This document shows positions 1 to 10,984 of a stretch of 64,000 nt of DNA, one piece after another. The number at the start of each line of letters is the position of its first letter. Position 1 is the first letter of the stretch. A model generated the notes under the pieces. That model was not told the origin of the DNA. It worked only from the letters and a program-made list of their open reading frames with translations, and did no database searches. This stretch comes from Candidatus Thorarchaeota archaeon (GTDB taxonomy: Archaea; Asgardarchaeota; Thorarchaeia; Thorarchaeales; Thorarchaeaceae). The DNA lies in contig CAVSBO010000004.1 in assembly GCA_963726195.1 (NCBI GenBank), positions 96,001 to 160,000 on the forward strand, read 5' to 3'. Both the position numbers and the translations under genes were made by a program.

Positions 1-565
1 GGCTCTCGAGAACTGTGCCTTGATGCTTCAAGAAGGCGGAGCTGAGGCCGTCAAAATGGAGGGCAGCGGACGCGTTGCGGACAGAGTTGAGGCAGTTGTG
101 GAGGCAGGGATTCCCGTCATGGGCCATATTGGTCTCACGCCTCAGTCAATCTACGAGTTCGGAGGATACAGGGTACAAGGGCGGACTTCGGAATCTGCTG
201 AGATGCTTGTCCAGCAGGCTAGAAGACTTGAAGATGCAGGAGCCTTCTCACTCGTGATTGAACTGGTACCTGATGAAACTGCCAAGATGATCACTGAGGC
301 CGTCGAAATACCCACAATCGGAATAGGAGCCGGTCCTTATTGTGATGGCCAAGTCTTGGTGCTGTGGGATATGCTGGGCCTGTTTGAGGATTTCAAGCCC
401 AAATTCGTAAAGAAGTATGCAAACATCAGAGGCGTAATATCTGATGCAGTAAAGCAATATGCCACCGAGGTGCGAGAGGGCGAGTTCCCCGACTCGGAGC
501 ATAGTTTCGCTATGGAAGAAGAGAACTCCGGTCGACTGTACGGACGTGAAAAGCCCCCTGAGTGA
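1..565 (+). CDS. panB: 3-methyl-2-oxobutanoate hydroxymethyltransferase (5' end outside window)
   Basis: Motifs AVKMEG, VMGHIGLTPQS, IPTIGIGAG, CDGQVLV, PKFVKKY. Confidence 0.95.
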   Translation, partial: ALENCALMLQEGGAEAVKMEGSGRVADRVEAVVEAGIPVMGHIGLTPQSIYEFGGYRVQGRTSESAEMLVQQARRLEDAGAFSLVIELVPDETAKMITEAVEIPTIGIGAGPYCDGQVLVLWDMLGLFEDFKPKFVKKYANIRGVISDAVKQYATEVREGEFPDSEHSFAMEEENSGRLYGREKPPE

Positions 566-585
566 AGGAGCTCTCCTTAGCCATT

Positions 586-825
586 TCAGGAGTTGGCTAC
601 TTCATTTAGTGCTTTCAACAAATCGTCGACCGGAATGCCGTGAGCCGCAGCGCCCTGTTCAATTGTCTCGAAACGAGCGACGCCGCAACCAAAGCAATAG
701 AGTCCCATCTCCATGAAAGTGTTCTGCGTTTGTGGCCACTTCATTGCCACTTCAGAGATCTTCATGTCTTTGGTTATCTTCGGTTTCTCAATCTTTGTTT
801 TCTGGATTTTTGCCTTTGCAGCCAT
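586..825 (-). CDS. DUF1858 domain protein (hybrid-cluster-associated redox disulfide domain)
   Basis: ITKDMKISEV...GLYCFGCGVARFETIEQGAAAHG. Confidence 0.85.
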   Translation of the reverse strand: MAAKAKIQKTKIEKPKITKDMKISEVAMKWPQTQNTFMEMGLYCFGCGVARFETIEQGAAAHGIPVDDLLKALNEVANS

Positions 826-887
826 TGTATTTCCACCTTTCATTTAACTATAATTAACTCGTTCATCTGTGCTAATAAGCTTTCACA

Positions 888-1868
888 TCAGTGACTTTGT
901 ACGATGTACCTGCTCCCGACCCCCGAACATGCATAGGCAGCAGGAAAGTTCCGGGCAAGAAGGTGTGTCGCCTGCCAGCCCGTGCAGTGAGCGGGCACAA
1001 TGAGACCTGGGCTCGTCTTTTCCAGATAGCTCACGGTCTGCTGCAATCCCGCTCGCGCGCTCTCACCGACAAGGTGAAACCCACCAAGCACTGCTTCAAC
1101 CCTGTCTACATTGGCCAAGCTCATCGCGTACTGAATCGTATTTGTGAGGCCTGCATGGCAGCACCCAGTCAGTATCACGAGGCCTTTGTTCCGGACGAAG
1201 GCCATCAGACTGGTGTCATCGATGATTGGCTCATCGCTTTCCCATTTGCCATCGACGAATGCCCTGTGGCCAGGGACGCCGCGCTCATAGTCTGCTACTC
1301 GTGGTATCTCCCCGCTTGTTAACAGAGTGTCTCCCGCCAACAGCTCGGGTTGTTTGGCCACGTATGGTCTGCCGCCGGATTCGATTATTGTCTTCTGCTT
1401 TGGAAAGGCTGGCTCGAGCTCCCTGACCTTCTCTCCTTGGTCCGTTTTGGTGAGCTTGCCTCTCTTGAGAAAAGCACGAGGATGAACATAGACTGGTGTA
1501 TGACTGCCACCGATTCTCTTCAGTACCAATAGAAGCCCACCGAAATGATCGTTGTGCCCATGCGACATCACAACCTCGGATGTGTCTCTCAGAGAGATTC
1601 CGAGAGCACTAAGGTTGTGAGCGATGAGTGTGGGAGACGGACCAGCATCATATACGACTTGATGGATTTCATCGTCGACGAAAGTTCTAACCAACATCGA
1701 AAGACCGTGTCCTGCGAATACATCAGTGGGTCTTGCTCGCTTTTCCTTGTCCCACTGCCAGGACTTCTGCACTTCCGGTCTTGAGTCGTCGGGCCCAAGT
1801 TCGACGACATTGTCAACCAGAAATGTAATCTCCACCGAATCGACAGGTCTGAGTTTGGTCATTGTCAT
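888..1868 (-). CDS. MBL-fold metallo-hydrolase (dihydropteroate-synthase-like MBL subfamily)
   Basis: LVDN, GHGLS, SHGHNDHFGG, TGCCHAG, GGFHL, PAHCTG. Confidence 0.85.
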   Translation of the reverse strand: MTMTKLRPVDSVEITFLVDNVVELGPDDSRPEVQKSWQWDKEKRARPTDVFAGHGLSMLVRTFVDDEIHQVVYDAGPSPTLIAHNLSALGISLRDTSEVVMSHGHNDHFGGLLLVLKRIGGSHTPVYVHPRAFLKRGKLTKTDQGEKVRELEPAFPKQKTIIESGGRPYVAKQPELLAGDTLLTSGEIPRVADYERGVPGHRAFVDGKWESDEPIIDDTSLMAFVRNKGLVILTGCCHAGLTNTIQYAMSLANVDRVEAVLGGFHLVGESARAGLQQTVSYLEKTSPGLIVPAHCTGWQATHLLARNFPAAYACSGVGSRYIVQSH

Positions 1869-1974
1869 CTTCCCACGGCCAGCCATACTAGGTCTGAGTG
1901 GGTTGCTGTACAATTGAGCCTTTATCTACCTGCCCTGCAAGTCAGATTCGTTACCATGTCAGCCAACCGGGAAT

Positions 1975-3273
1975 TCAGTGTGCGAAGAGGTACCTATCGA
2001 TCTCCCAGTCTGTTACTTTGGCGACACTGGATTTTCCTGCAACCTTGAGATACTCGCGCCACTCTGTACTGCGGGACTTGATAATGCTGGCCACGATTCT
2101 CTCTCCCAGTGCATGCCTGACTGTCTCGTCTTCCTCAAGACAATGCAGTGCCTGAATCAGGGATTCCGGGAGTGATGGTACATCGGCCCCTTTGCTGTAG
2201 AGATCCTCGGAGGTAGGCTCTGGTGGTTCAAGACCGCGTGCTATTCCATCGAGACCGGCCGCCATGATTACCGCAAGAGCAAGGTGCGGACTGCATGAAG
2301 GGTCAGGGCATCTGAACTCAATCCTCGCCTTTGCATCCGAGCCATTGAACTCAGGGATTCTGATCATTACGGTTCTGTTCCTCGGTCCCCAAGCAATGCG
2401 CGTTGGTGCTTCGAACCCCGGTCTGAGTCTCTTGAATGAGTTCACAGTGGGTGCGACAATGGCTGCCAAGGCAGGAGCGTGCTCCATTAGGCCCGCGACG
2501 TAGTGGTAGGCTATCTCAGAGACCGTGCCCGGAGACCCGTTGGCGAAAAGGTTCTTCCCTTCACTATCCCAGAGACTCTGATGAATATGCATTCCACTTC
2601 CGTTCCTGTCAGCGAATGGTTTTGGCATGAAGGTAGCCAAGAGCCCTTTGGAGTATGCAATCTCTGCTATTGCGAGTCTCGCAAGCAGCACACGATCCGC
2701 AATCTCCATTGCTGAGTCAAAGACAAGTCCAATCTCGTGCTGACCTGATGCCACTTCGTGGTGATGTGAAGTCGTGGGGATGCCCAATCCAGTTAGCGCC
2801 GACACCATGTCCCTTCTAAGCTCAAGTCCGCCGTCTGCTGGCTGTGTAGCGTAGTATCCTCCTTGGTCAGCGGGAGAAATGTAACGGTCTTGTGACCTGC
2901 TAACCATGAAGAACTCAATTTCAGGACCTGCTTTCAGAATAAGTCCTCGCTTAGAGCCGTCTTCTATCACCTTCCTGAGGACCTCTCTGGGATCACATGG
3001 GTGTGGAGTTCCCGTGACTTCGTATACACTGCAGAGGTGAATAGCGGCCCTCGTGTCCCACGGCTGGGTTAGGGGTGTACGTGAAACTGGCCGCAGCTGC
3101 AAATCGCTTGAGTTGACATCTGCATATCCTGGGATGGACGAGCCATCAAAGTACACTCCATCTCTGACCACTTCATCAAGCGTATCATAGCGTACCTCAA
3201 CAGAGCGAGTAGCACCGAGTGGAGTAGTGAATAGAAGTCTGAGGAATTCTGGGGTTTCTTTGAGCTGAGTCAT
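1975..3273 (-). CDS. glnA: Glutamine synthetase, type I-alpha
   Basis: FDGSS, GPEIEFF, HEVASGQHEI, FMPKP...GSGMHIHQS, PGFEAP, RIEFRCPD. Confidence 0.9.
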   Translation of the reverse strand: MTQLKETPEFLRLLFTTPLGATRSVEVRYDTLDEVVRDGVYFDGSSIPGYADVNSSDLQLRPVSRTPLTQPWDTRAAIHLCSVYEVTGTPHPCDPREVLRKVIEDGSKRGLILKAGPEIEFFMVSRSQDRYISPADQGGYYATQPADGGLELRRDMVSALTGLGIPTTSHHHEVASGQHEIGLVFDSAMEIADRVLLARLAIAEIAYSKGLLATFMPKPFADRNGSGMHIHQSLWDSEGKNLFANGSPGTVSEIAYHYVAGLMEHAPALAAIVAPTVNSFKRLRPGFEAPTRIAWGPRNRTVMIRIPEFNGSDAKARIEFRCPDPSCSPHLALAVIMAAGLDGIARGLEPPEPTSEDLYSKGADVPSLPESLIQALHCLEEDETVRHALGERIVASIIKSRSTEWREYLKVAGKSSVAKVTDWEIDRYLFAH

Positions 3274-3337
3274 TGCTGCTGCTCACGTCTACGAGTTTCG
3301 CTAGTGTGAACCGCGTGTAGGTATAAGCATTTGCCGC

Positions 3338-3363
3338 CAAAACACGAAAGTATTTCTGTTTTG
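3338..3363. promoter_or_regulatory. Inverted repeat in the glnA/Lrp divergent promoter, putative operator
   Basis: caaaaca-c-gaaa-gta-tttc-tgttttg, next to TATA-like gtataag at 3321. Confidence 0.45.
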
Positions 3364-3380
3364 TACGGTAGAAAGTGCAC

Positions 3381-3908
3381 ATGGCCGAAAGAGTTTCGGA
3401 ATATGAGCCCGGGATTGGCCCAAGCGAGACCGAACTTGACGAGACGGACATCAGAATACTCCAGTTACTCCAAGAGAACTGCAAAATGAGCATCATGGAA
3501 ATCTCCAAGGAAGTTGACAAGGGAATCTCGACGGTTCATGCAAGAATCAAGGCACTCGAGAACTCCGGAGTAATCAAGAAGTACACGGCCATACTTGATT
3601 CCGCCAAGCTATCCCGGCAGACTCTCGCGTTCGTGCTCATCAGGATAAGATACTACGCTCCCGGACAAGAAGGAATGTTATCCCAAAGAGACTTCTGCAA
3701 GGAGATTGCACAGCATCCGCTCGTGCAGGACGTTCACGTTCTCAGCGGGGAGTACGACGTGCTGCTGAAAATCAGAGCCAAGGACATTAACGAGATCAAT
3801 CACTTTATTGTGGACTTCCTGAGGCACAAGCCTGCTGTGGACAGGACTCTCACGATGTTTGCGATGGACAGTTACCTGGAGTCAACAGAACTCAGAGGTC
3901 TTCGGTGA
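3381..3908 (+). CDS. Lrp/AsnC family transcriptional regulator
   Basis: LDETDIRILQLLQEN HTH, RIKALENSGVIKKY, SGEYDVLLKI RAM domain. Confidence 0.92.
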   Translation: MAERVSEYEPGIGPSETELDETDIRILQLLQENCKMSIMEISKEVDKGISTVHARIKALENSGVIKKYTAILDSAKLSRQTLAFVLIRIRYYAPGQEGMLSQRDFCKEIAQHPLVQDVHVLSGEYDVLLKIRAKDINEINHFIVDFLRHKPAVDRTLTMFAMDSYLESTELRGLR

Positions 3909-4038
3909 GAACTATACTGATGTGACCATGTCTCAGATGGTAATCTCAGTATCGCACCACATCCGGCCTCGAGGGAGTCCAGATAGATTATTAGCCAAAT
4001 AAGCTGCCAGTTCCCCAAGAAGGAAGTGCACACCTCCA

Positions 4039-4592
4039 ATGACAGGGCAAGTATCTGACGAGGTACTGTACAGAAAGAAGTCTTCTCGCTGGTGGCTGTC
4101 AACGGCAAAGGTCTTTACACACCCGAGGATTTCGGGATGAAACCCTACTCCTCATGCACTGCCTGCTGGAGAGGCTACATGATGTGGTACAAATGCGAGA
4201 ACGACAAGCTCATCCTTGACGGCATGTCGATCAATGTTGACAAGCCGACGAAGGTAAACGGCATCCTACCGAAGCCGACAACGGACATGTTCAAGTTCAT
4301 GTACGAAGGGCTGTCCCTCAAGACGAGATTAAGCGGCTCCATGCTGATTGCCAAGGACTTCATCCAGTCGATGTACGTGCACATGGGATTCCAGAGCCCG
4401 GAGGCTTACAAGACTGTTCTCCAGTTAGAAGTGCAGAACGGAGACATAGTGAAAGAAGACGACCTATCAGCGAAAATGGAAGCGCGGCGAAGAGAGGGTC
4501 CTTTGGGCGCCCAAGCCCCTCGTTCCGGGGAAAAAGGAGACATGATGGAGTGGATTGAGCGTAGGTTCTCTCTTGACCGCGAATCAGGCTAG
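4039..4592 (+). CDS. Conserved hypothetical protein (TACWRGY motif), frameshift near 4075
   Basis: ATG at 4039 gives MTGQVSDEVLY, joining ORF 4092-4592 after a 1-nt shift. Confidence 0.65.
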
Positions 4593-4717
4593 GACTGCCA
4601 ACCTGCTAGTAGAGCGCTGAGCACAGTTTCCGAAGCTGTTAAGTACCACCTCCCCTCGACTGCGCATTGTAACGACCGATTGTTCTGACGGTCGCCTAGG
4701 GGAAAACACGATCAAAG

Positions 4718-5980
4718 ATGAGTCGTCGAGTCTGTTTAGCTGGCGGCGCGGTTACACCCTTTGACTACCCTATGCACCTAGAACCTGAGTCTATGATTGC
4801 GAACTGCATTGTGGAAACTCAGCATGACATCCCGGACTTTCATCTTCGGGACCTGCAGTTCATGGTATATTCTCACTTTTCTGTTCACTTTGGGAAGCAA
4901 CTCGCACCGGAGTGGATTGTGCATGACCATCTGGGTCTAGTGGGTGTGCCGCATTTCCGCATTGAGAACGGAGGTAACACAGGAGGGTCTGCATTGTACG
5001 GCGCCTTCCTTGCGATAAAGTCTGGTCTCTTCGATGTTGTTGGAGTGGCGGGCTGGGAGACCATGGACAACGTCACCCAGTCACAGGGTTCAGAGTTCAT
5101 CGCGCTCGCGTCGGACACTCGATACGAGGCACTAGCGGGCGGCATCTATCCTATCTACTACGCCGCGATGGCTTACAAGTTCATGAAGGAGAATGGTCTC
5201 ACAGAAGAGGACTTTGCACTCGCTGCGATTAAGAACCGGAACAACGCTGTCGACAATGAGAAGTCGCAATGGTACCGAGGCGAGTACCAGCAGTACAAGC
5301 GAGACCTGACCGTGGATGATATCATGAAGAGCAGGCTAATGAGCTATCCACTGAAACGCTATGACTGCTGCCTCATGAGTCGTGGTGGTGCATTCTGCCT
5401 TGTTACGAGCGAGGATTGGGCGAAGAAACATGCAGACGGCAGGTACGTCATAATCGATGGAGCTGGACTGAGTAGCTGCACGATAAGAGCCGGTGACAGA
5501 CTCAACTTCCCAGCATGGACTGAGATGTATGGCGAAGGCTACCCTGACATGACTGAGTTTGCGGCATGCAGGAAGTCGGGCGAGGTGGCCTACGACATGG
5601 CCGGCATCGAATACGACAAGGCATTGAAAGAAATCGACGTCGCAGAGATTCACGACGCGTTCAGCAGCTCTGAGGTTCAAATCTACAAAGCGCTTCACTG
5701 GTGCAACAAGGACAATGTCAGAGAGTTCGTCCGTGGGAAGCGCACGTTCATGGATGGTGATCTGCCTGTAAATCCGGGTGGAGGTCTGATGGGCTACGGG
5801 CATCCTGTGGGCGCCACTGGCATCATGTCTGCAGTAGAATGCTACTATCAGCTCACAGACATGACTCCGAAGAAGCACCGGAGCTCGAAGACCTACGTGA
5901 AGGATGCGAACACTGGCCTGGTCAACAGTCACGCAGGAACCGGAACAAGCATTTCGAACTTCATTCTGAGGAGGCCGTGA
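4718..5980 (+). CDS. Thiolase-family (SCP2-type) protein lacking the catalytic Cys
   Basis: HDAF, NPGGGL..YGHPVGATG; ENGGNTG in place of EAACASG. Confidence 0.88.
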   Translation: MSRRVCLAGGAVTPFDYPMHLEPESMIANCIVETQHDIPDFHLRDLQFMVYSHFSVHFGKQLAPEWIVHDHLGLVGVPHFRIENGGNTGGSALYGAFLAIKSGLFDVVGVAGWETMDNVTQSQGSEFIALASDTRYEALAGGIYPIYYAAMAYKFMKENGLTEEDFALAAIKNRNNAVDNEKSQWYRGEYQQYKRDLTVDDIMKSRLMSYPLKRYDCCLMSRGGAFCLVTSEDWAKKHADGRYVIIDGAGLSSCTIRAGDRLNFPAWTEMYGEGYPDMTEFAACRKSGEVAYDMAGIEYDKALKEIDVAEIHDAFSSSEVQIYKALHWCNKDNVREFVRGKRTFMDGDLPVNPGGGLMGYGHPVGATGIMSAVECYYQLTDMTPKKHRSSKTYVKDANTGLVNSHAGTGTSISNFILRRP

Positions 5981-5983
5981 GAA

Positions 5984-6707
5984 ATGAGCAAGAAGACACA
6001 GAAGACTCCAGAGAAGAAGCCAGCTCCTCGTCCAGAGGCTGCGCCGAAGAAGGCTGTCGACCCACGCATGCACCCTATCCCCTTGAGGGTGGATTATGAC
6101 GAGAAGCATACGAACGACTTCCGCGGAGACGTAAAGGAAGTTGGCTTTCACTTCGCAGGTTACGAATGGTCCTCCAAAGAGGAGCAGCTTCTCATCGATT
6201 TGCATTATGATCAATTGTACTACTGGAAGTATGCGGAACTGTCAAAAATGGGGCGCGGCTTTCTTGACGGGGAATTGTGGGGAACTCAGTGCCCGAAATG
6301 CGGGGACAAGTTCTTTCCACCAAGGGTCAATTGCTGGCGTATCGAGGAAGACCTCCAGCGCACAAATTGGGTCAAGCTGGCACCCAGTGGACGCGTGCAT
6401 ACTTTCACTGTCGCGGGTTGGTCGGGCCGGTCGTCTCTAAAGAGGCTCCCGTTCGTTCTTGCATATGTAGTCGTAGATGATTGCAAGACTGCAATCGCCA
6501 ACGAACTCAGAGGCATCAAGCCTTGGGATGCTGAGTTCAGCATGCCGGTGAAGGTGGTCTGGGCCAAGAAGGAGGACCGACGCGGAGTGATAACCGACTT
6601 TTGGTTCGAACCGGCTGACGGCTGGAAACCCTCTCCGATGAATGCAGAGAAGGAACGAATCAAGGAGCTCTGCGCGCCAGTTTATGAATGGGTGAAGACC
6701 TGAAATA
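5984..6707 (+). CDS. Zn-ribbon/OB-fold DUF35 protein, partner of the upstream thiolase
   Basis: GTQCPKCG..FFPPRVNC, GRVHTFTV, LPFVLAYV, MPVKVVW. True end probably VKTLK-TAG (one C missing near 6700). Confidence 0.88.
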
Positions 6708-6797
6708 GTGGCAGCTTCTATGGAGTTGGAGATTTTGCCACTCTACGCTTTTTCCTATCGAGGCTGACATTACCTGAATCTCATCTCTCTTCGCATG

Positions 6798-7352
6798 CTA
6801 CATATCTAACTGGAATCTGTGCTGGAGTGGTGAGGTGGTATGATGGCAGGTTAATAGAAAGGATTGTGTGTGTGTGGGAAGAACAGATGTTCTCCATGTA
6901 GTTCTGTTGTGCAAGCACGGCGCCTGCGCTATCCGCAAGCAATGGAGTTTGGAATCGACATGACCATAAGAAGCAACGGAAACGCTACGCTTGCAGTGGC
7001 TGCAGATACACTCCTTCTTGAGCACTTGTCTTGACAGAGACGGACAACCAGCACACCAAAGACAAATCCAAAGAACGTCACAGGAAGAAGGCCAATCATA
7101 CTGAGTGGGTAGAGCCGAAAAATCCTGGTAATAGAAGTTGTAGTTGTCTCCGAAAGCGAATGTCCATAACGGCGCAATAATTACATGTTCCACGTAGAAA
7201 ACTTGATGGCCCACAATCCCATCTCCACTGATTGAACTAAACACTGCAATCGGTGCGAACAATGTCACAAGAGTCATCAAGAGCACAATCTGACGGATTG
7301 TGAGGGCACTGAACCATCTGATCGGCTCTTCATTCCCCGCTCGTTCCTCTCA
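6798..7352 (-). CDS. Hypothetical membrane protein, frameshifted
   Basis: Hydrophobic segments split between ORFs 6798-7286 and 6929-7177; TATA-like tttaata upstream near 7375. Confidence 0.5.
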
Positions 7353-7914
7353 AGGAGGTCACGCAAGAGTCCATATTAAAGCCATTGCCTGCACAACAGA
7401 ACGCGAACAGTGCAGTCTGTGCCGATGGAGCAGACAGGTGGTTACTATGACTGCAAACCTGATGAATTCAGCCGATGCCATCACAGACCTACTAACGATA
7501 TCGAGGAGTGAACAGTAGAACCTAGACCATGAATGATTGCAGCTATTATGACCTGACACGCCGTTTCACCAGCCAAAGAGTGTGGACCCAGGCAGCAGTA
7601 GAGTTTTTCGTTATGTTAACGCTCTTCAGCACAGTGTGGTAGTCGTTTCTACGCACGACTGAGTCCATGGGATGCATCCTGATGCGGAGATTCACGTGGC
7701 AATCATTCGCCTGCACGAGGAGATAGGGTCTCGGCTTCTGTATGGGCAGAGGAGTCAGTCCTAGTAGTGTGTTGAGAGGAAAACAGCCTCTTTCCAGTGT
7801 GCTTTCCTTGAGGAAGAGTGTCTCGAGCAACAGATTGATGGTAGAAGCCACCACTCTCAGCGACTTCTCACATCCTAGAAGAGAATAGACAGTGCTCCCA
7901 TAGTCAGCCAATTC

Positions 7915-9588
7915 CTATTTCTCGGGGCGTCCTAGAGATCTAATACCAATCTGGAATATCAATAGGCCCGACAATGTCAGGGGAAGACTGCCAAACAGAA
8001 AGAACGCATAGCTGGGGTCCGTTCCAAGCCAACCTGAACTAATCACTGCGACTGGCAGTCCTAGCGAAAACACCATCACAACTACGAGGGCCGAGATTAT
8101 GTTTAGCTTGTACATGGAGGAATGTTGGTCCTCGTATGTAGGGTTTATGGCTGTAACTCCAATCCCCGTGAGAGTAGACCCCCACACCAGCAACAGAGCT
8201 TGGCCAAAGATGGTTAGGCTAAGGGGAATGCTGAGTCCTAATAACCAGGTTGCCACGGCAGGCAAAACTGCGAGCGGCAAGGACAAGATAACCATCGCCA
8301 TCAGACGTGCATGAACTAGCTTATCCGATCCTCTTGGCGTAGTCTTGAAAACCCAGAGATGGTTCCTGCTCTCAAGGAAGCCCGTGCCACTAAATGATGC
8401 AACAGCGACAGTCGGGTATACCATGGTTACTGCCATCACCGCAAGGAGGAATATGACTCTAGGAATCAGCGACATGGTTTGGCTGTCCAGCCCACCCATA
8501 CTAGTGACAACAATCTGTACCACAAACCCGGGGATGGTCCCCAGGACAAGCGCGTAACAGTATCTGACAATGTTTGCGGTCTTCCGAAAGAAGTCCTTCA
8601 TTGCAACAACCACAAGTGCACCGGTTGGCCACCCGAAGACACGCCTAATACCGCGAAAGAATCTGTTCTCTTTGCGGACAGTCCTCACGATTTCGGTTCG
8701 GGCACCCAGGTCAAAAGTGAACACTCTATCTGCCGCCAGTGCTCCAGCCACAAGAGACAACAATGCAAAGGCCAACATGAGTACAGCACATCCCTGCGCG
8801 CTAGAGACAAGTACTGACTCAAATGCTTCTAGCTGCGCTGGTGAGAGCAATACCCCACTAAACAGCAGAACACTCCAAGTAACCAAATCCGCTCCCCAAG
8901 TGAAAGGCAGGAAGATTACCAGCTCGCTCTTCATCGACTGGTTCAGCAAATCAGGCAAGTATAGAAACAATATCACGGGCACTATCAGAATCAAAGCAGT
9001 CAGAACGCTAATCACCTTGGCGATGGCATCCCCGCGAGAGGATTGTGCCAGCCTCCCTCGAACTGTCGATGCCAGTATGTCTGATATCCAGAGTGCCGGG
9101 AACGTCGTGACGAGAACGCTCGCGTATATCGCAAGCACCCCTTCCCACTGTACCTGAAAGGTCGATATGACCGGTGAGATTAGGAGAGGTGACAGGCCCA
9201 TGACAAGGAAGAAATAGACAGGAACCTTGCCCAGCCATTGGCCAAAGAGTATGCTACGTGTGCTTGTGCCAGTGCTGAGGAGTATCTCACATTGTGCTAT
9301 CTTCATTTCCTGAACTGCTTTCGATATAGGGAATGCAAAGAACAGTAGCCACAACATCATAGTCACAGCCCTGACCATTGAGGACGGGTCGCTTGCGATG
9401 AGAATACTAAGGGCGGGCAGGAATTGACCGAATACGATGTCCAGCAGCCTAAAGGCGATCGTAGAGACCCATATGATGACGCCCAGCAGAAGTCCGATAA
9501 GGGCACTCTTTCGTGCTCTTCTGATTCTCTCTGTCGAGAGTAGGAACTCAACTTTCGCAATGGCTAGCCATTCCCTAGGCATACTCAC
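7915..9588 (-). CDS. ABC transporter permease (about 12-14 TM)
   Basis: Highly hydrophobic; GTGA-coupled to the upstream ABC ATPase. Confidence 0.8.
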   Translation of the reverse strand: MSMPREWLAIAKVEFLLSTERIRRARKSALIGLLLGVIIWVSTIAFRLLDIVFGQFLPALSILIASDPSSMVRAVTMMLWLLFFAFPISKAVQEMKIAQCEILLSTGTSTRSILFGQWLGKVPVYFFLVMGLSPLLISPVISTFQVQWEGVLAIYASVLVTTFPALWISDILASTVRGRLAQSSRGDAIAKVISVLTALILIVPVILFLYLPDLLNQSMKSELVIFLPFTWGADLVTWSVLLFSGVLLSPAQLEAFESVLVSSAQGCAVLMLAFALLSLVAGALAADRVFTFDLGARTEIVRTVRKENRFFRGIRRVFGWPTGALVVVAMKDFFRKTANIVRYCYALVLGTIPGFVVQIVVTSMGGLDSQTMSLIPRVIFLLAVMAVTMVYPTVAVASFSGTGFLESRNHLWVFKTTPRGSDKLVHARLMAMVILSLPLAVLPAVATWLLGLSIPLSLTIFGQALLLVWGSTLTGIGVTAINPTYEDQHSSMYKLNIISALVVVMVFSLGLPVAVISSGWLGTDPSYAFFLFGSLPLTLSGLLIFQIGIRSLGRPEK

Positions 9589-10338
9589 GTCCTCCAGTCG
9601 AGTAGACGCTCTCTTGGAACCTCGCCGCCAACTATCTTCATGTAAGCCCCTTCCAGACTCGTAGAACTGGTCTTGTCAACTATGTCTTGGGGTGACCCAA
9701 ACGCTATCAGGCGCCCGTTGACGAGTATTCCCAAAATCAGAGACCTCGGCCAGGTCCGTCATGTGAGTACATATGAAGAATGTCGTCTTCGTTTCTTCCG
9801 ACAGAACGCGGATCATGTCCTTGACCAGAATGCTGGCCGCAGGATCCAAATGCGATGTGGGCTCATCAAGAAATACTAGGGAGGGTTCATGTATCAATGC
9901 AGAGGCTACGAGGACCTTCTGCTTCATGCCGGCGCTGTAGGACTCCATCTGGTCATCTTCTCTTCCAGTTAGACCCAGTAAATCAAGCATCGTATCGATG
10001 CGTTTCATCAGAGCACCGTGATCCATATTGCGTAGTGCTCCAAGGAACTCCAGAAACTCGACTGCCGAAAGCTTGGAATAGAGACCAGGTGTTTCAGGGA
10101 GGAAGCCCGTAGCCCTCTTGATCTCGTTTCGCTGCGAGTGGATGTCGAAACCGCACACGGTAGCGCTCCCTTGAGTGGGTCTTAGGAACCCCACAAGTAT
10201 GCGAACAGTTGTTGTCTTTCCAGCCCCATTAGGGCCCAAGAATGCGAATCGACTTCCCTTCGGAATGTCGAGGTCCAGGCCTGCTAACGCCTCAATCTTC
10301 CCGTAATTCTTTGTCAACTTCCTAGTTGTTATTTCCAT
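9585..10338 (-). CDS. ABC transporter ATP-binding protein, frameshift near C-terminus
   Basis: GPNGAGKTT, YSAGMKQK, LVFLDEPT, CTH. Confidence 0.9.
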
Positions 10339-10369
10339 TATCTCCCGTTCCCAAAGCGTAGAGGCCGAT

Positions 10370-10740
10370 TCAGTCTGTATGAAAGTAGTAGAAGGCTGAC
10401 CCCCAAGCAATCGCAAGAGCGACAATCCATAGGGCGAACAACGCGACGGCCGCATTCACCGCGAGCACACCGTATCCTATGTAGGCGGCCATCCACGGCA
10501 TCGCAAACAGGAGGAAAATGAATGCATTCCGGGAGCCTAAGACAAAGAGTTGCATGCTCCGTTCATCCTTCCTCGAGTCTATCTGGCGCGCCACAAAATA
10601 AGAAGAATCACTGCCACAGTTGCAGACGCTACTATGAGCAGATGGAACGCTTGATCCGGGACGGCAATCATCAAGGATACAATGAACACGACAGCAATTA
10701 CTAAAAACGCCGCGTTTGCCAGTATATCCCTACGCTCCAT
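10370..10740 (-). CDS. DUF2178-like membrane protein, frameshift near 10590
   Basis: TM helices flanking KDERS motif; typical XRE-DUF2178-ABC operon layout. Confidence 0.65.
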
Positions 10741-10965
10741 GACTCTTCCCCCATAGTTGAAAATCTCCTCGATAGATATCTCGAACTCGGCTGCTAATCG
10801 GAATGCGAGTTCCAAGGATGGGTTGTACGTGCCCCGCTCTACAGCTATTATCGTTTGGCGAGTGACGCCCACCCTTTTTGCGAGAGCCTCTTGAGTCCAA
10901 ATCCCTGAATTGTCGTCTTCGTTCATGCGCTTTTCCCTCAGTTCCTTGACACGGTTGACAATCAT
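10730..10965 (-). CDS. XRE-family HTH transcriptional regulator
   Basis: NRVKELR...TQEALAKRVGVTRQTIIAVERGTYNPSLELAFRLA. Confidence 0.9.
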
Positions 10966-10984
10966 CCTGATCACGCAGGCCGAG

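Noticed and set aside
5336-6214. Long antisense ORFs (e.g. 5336-6214, 34868-35590, 40824-41459)
   Set aside because: Shadow frames opposite well-supported genes, with no motifs.
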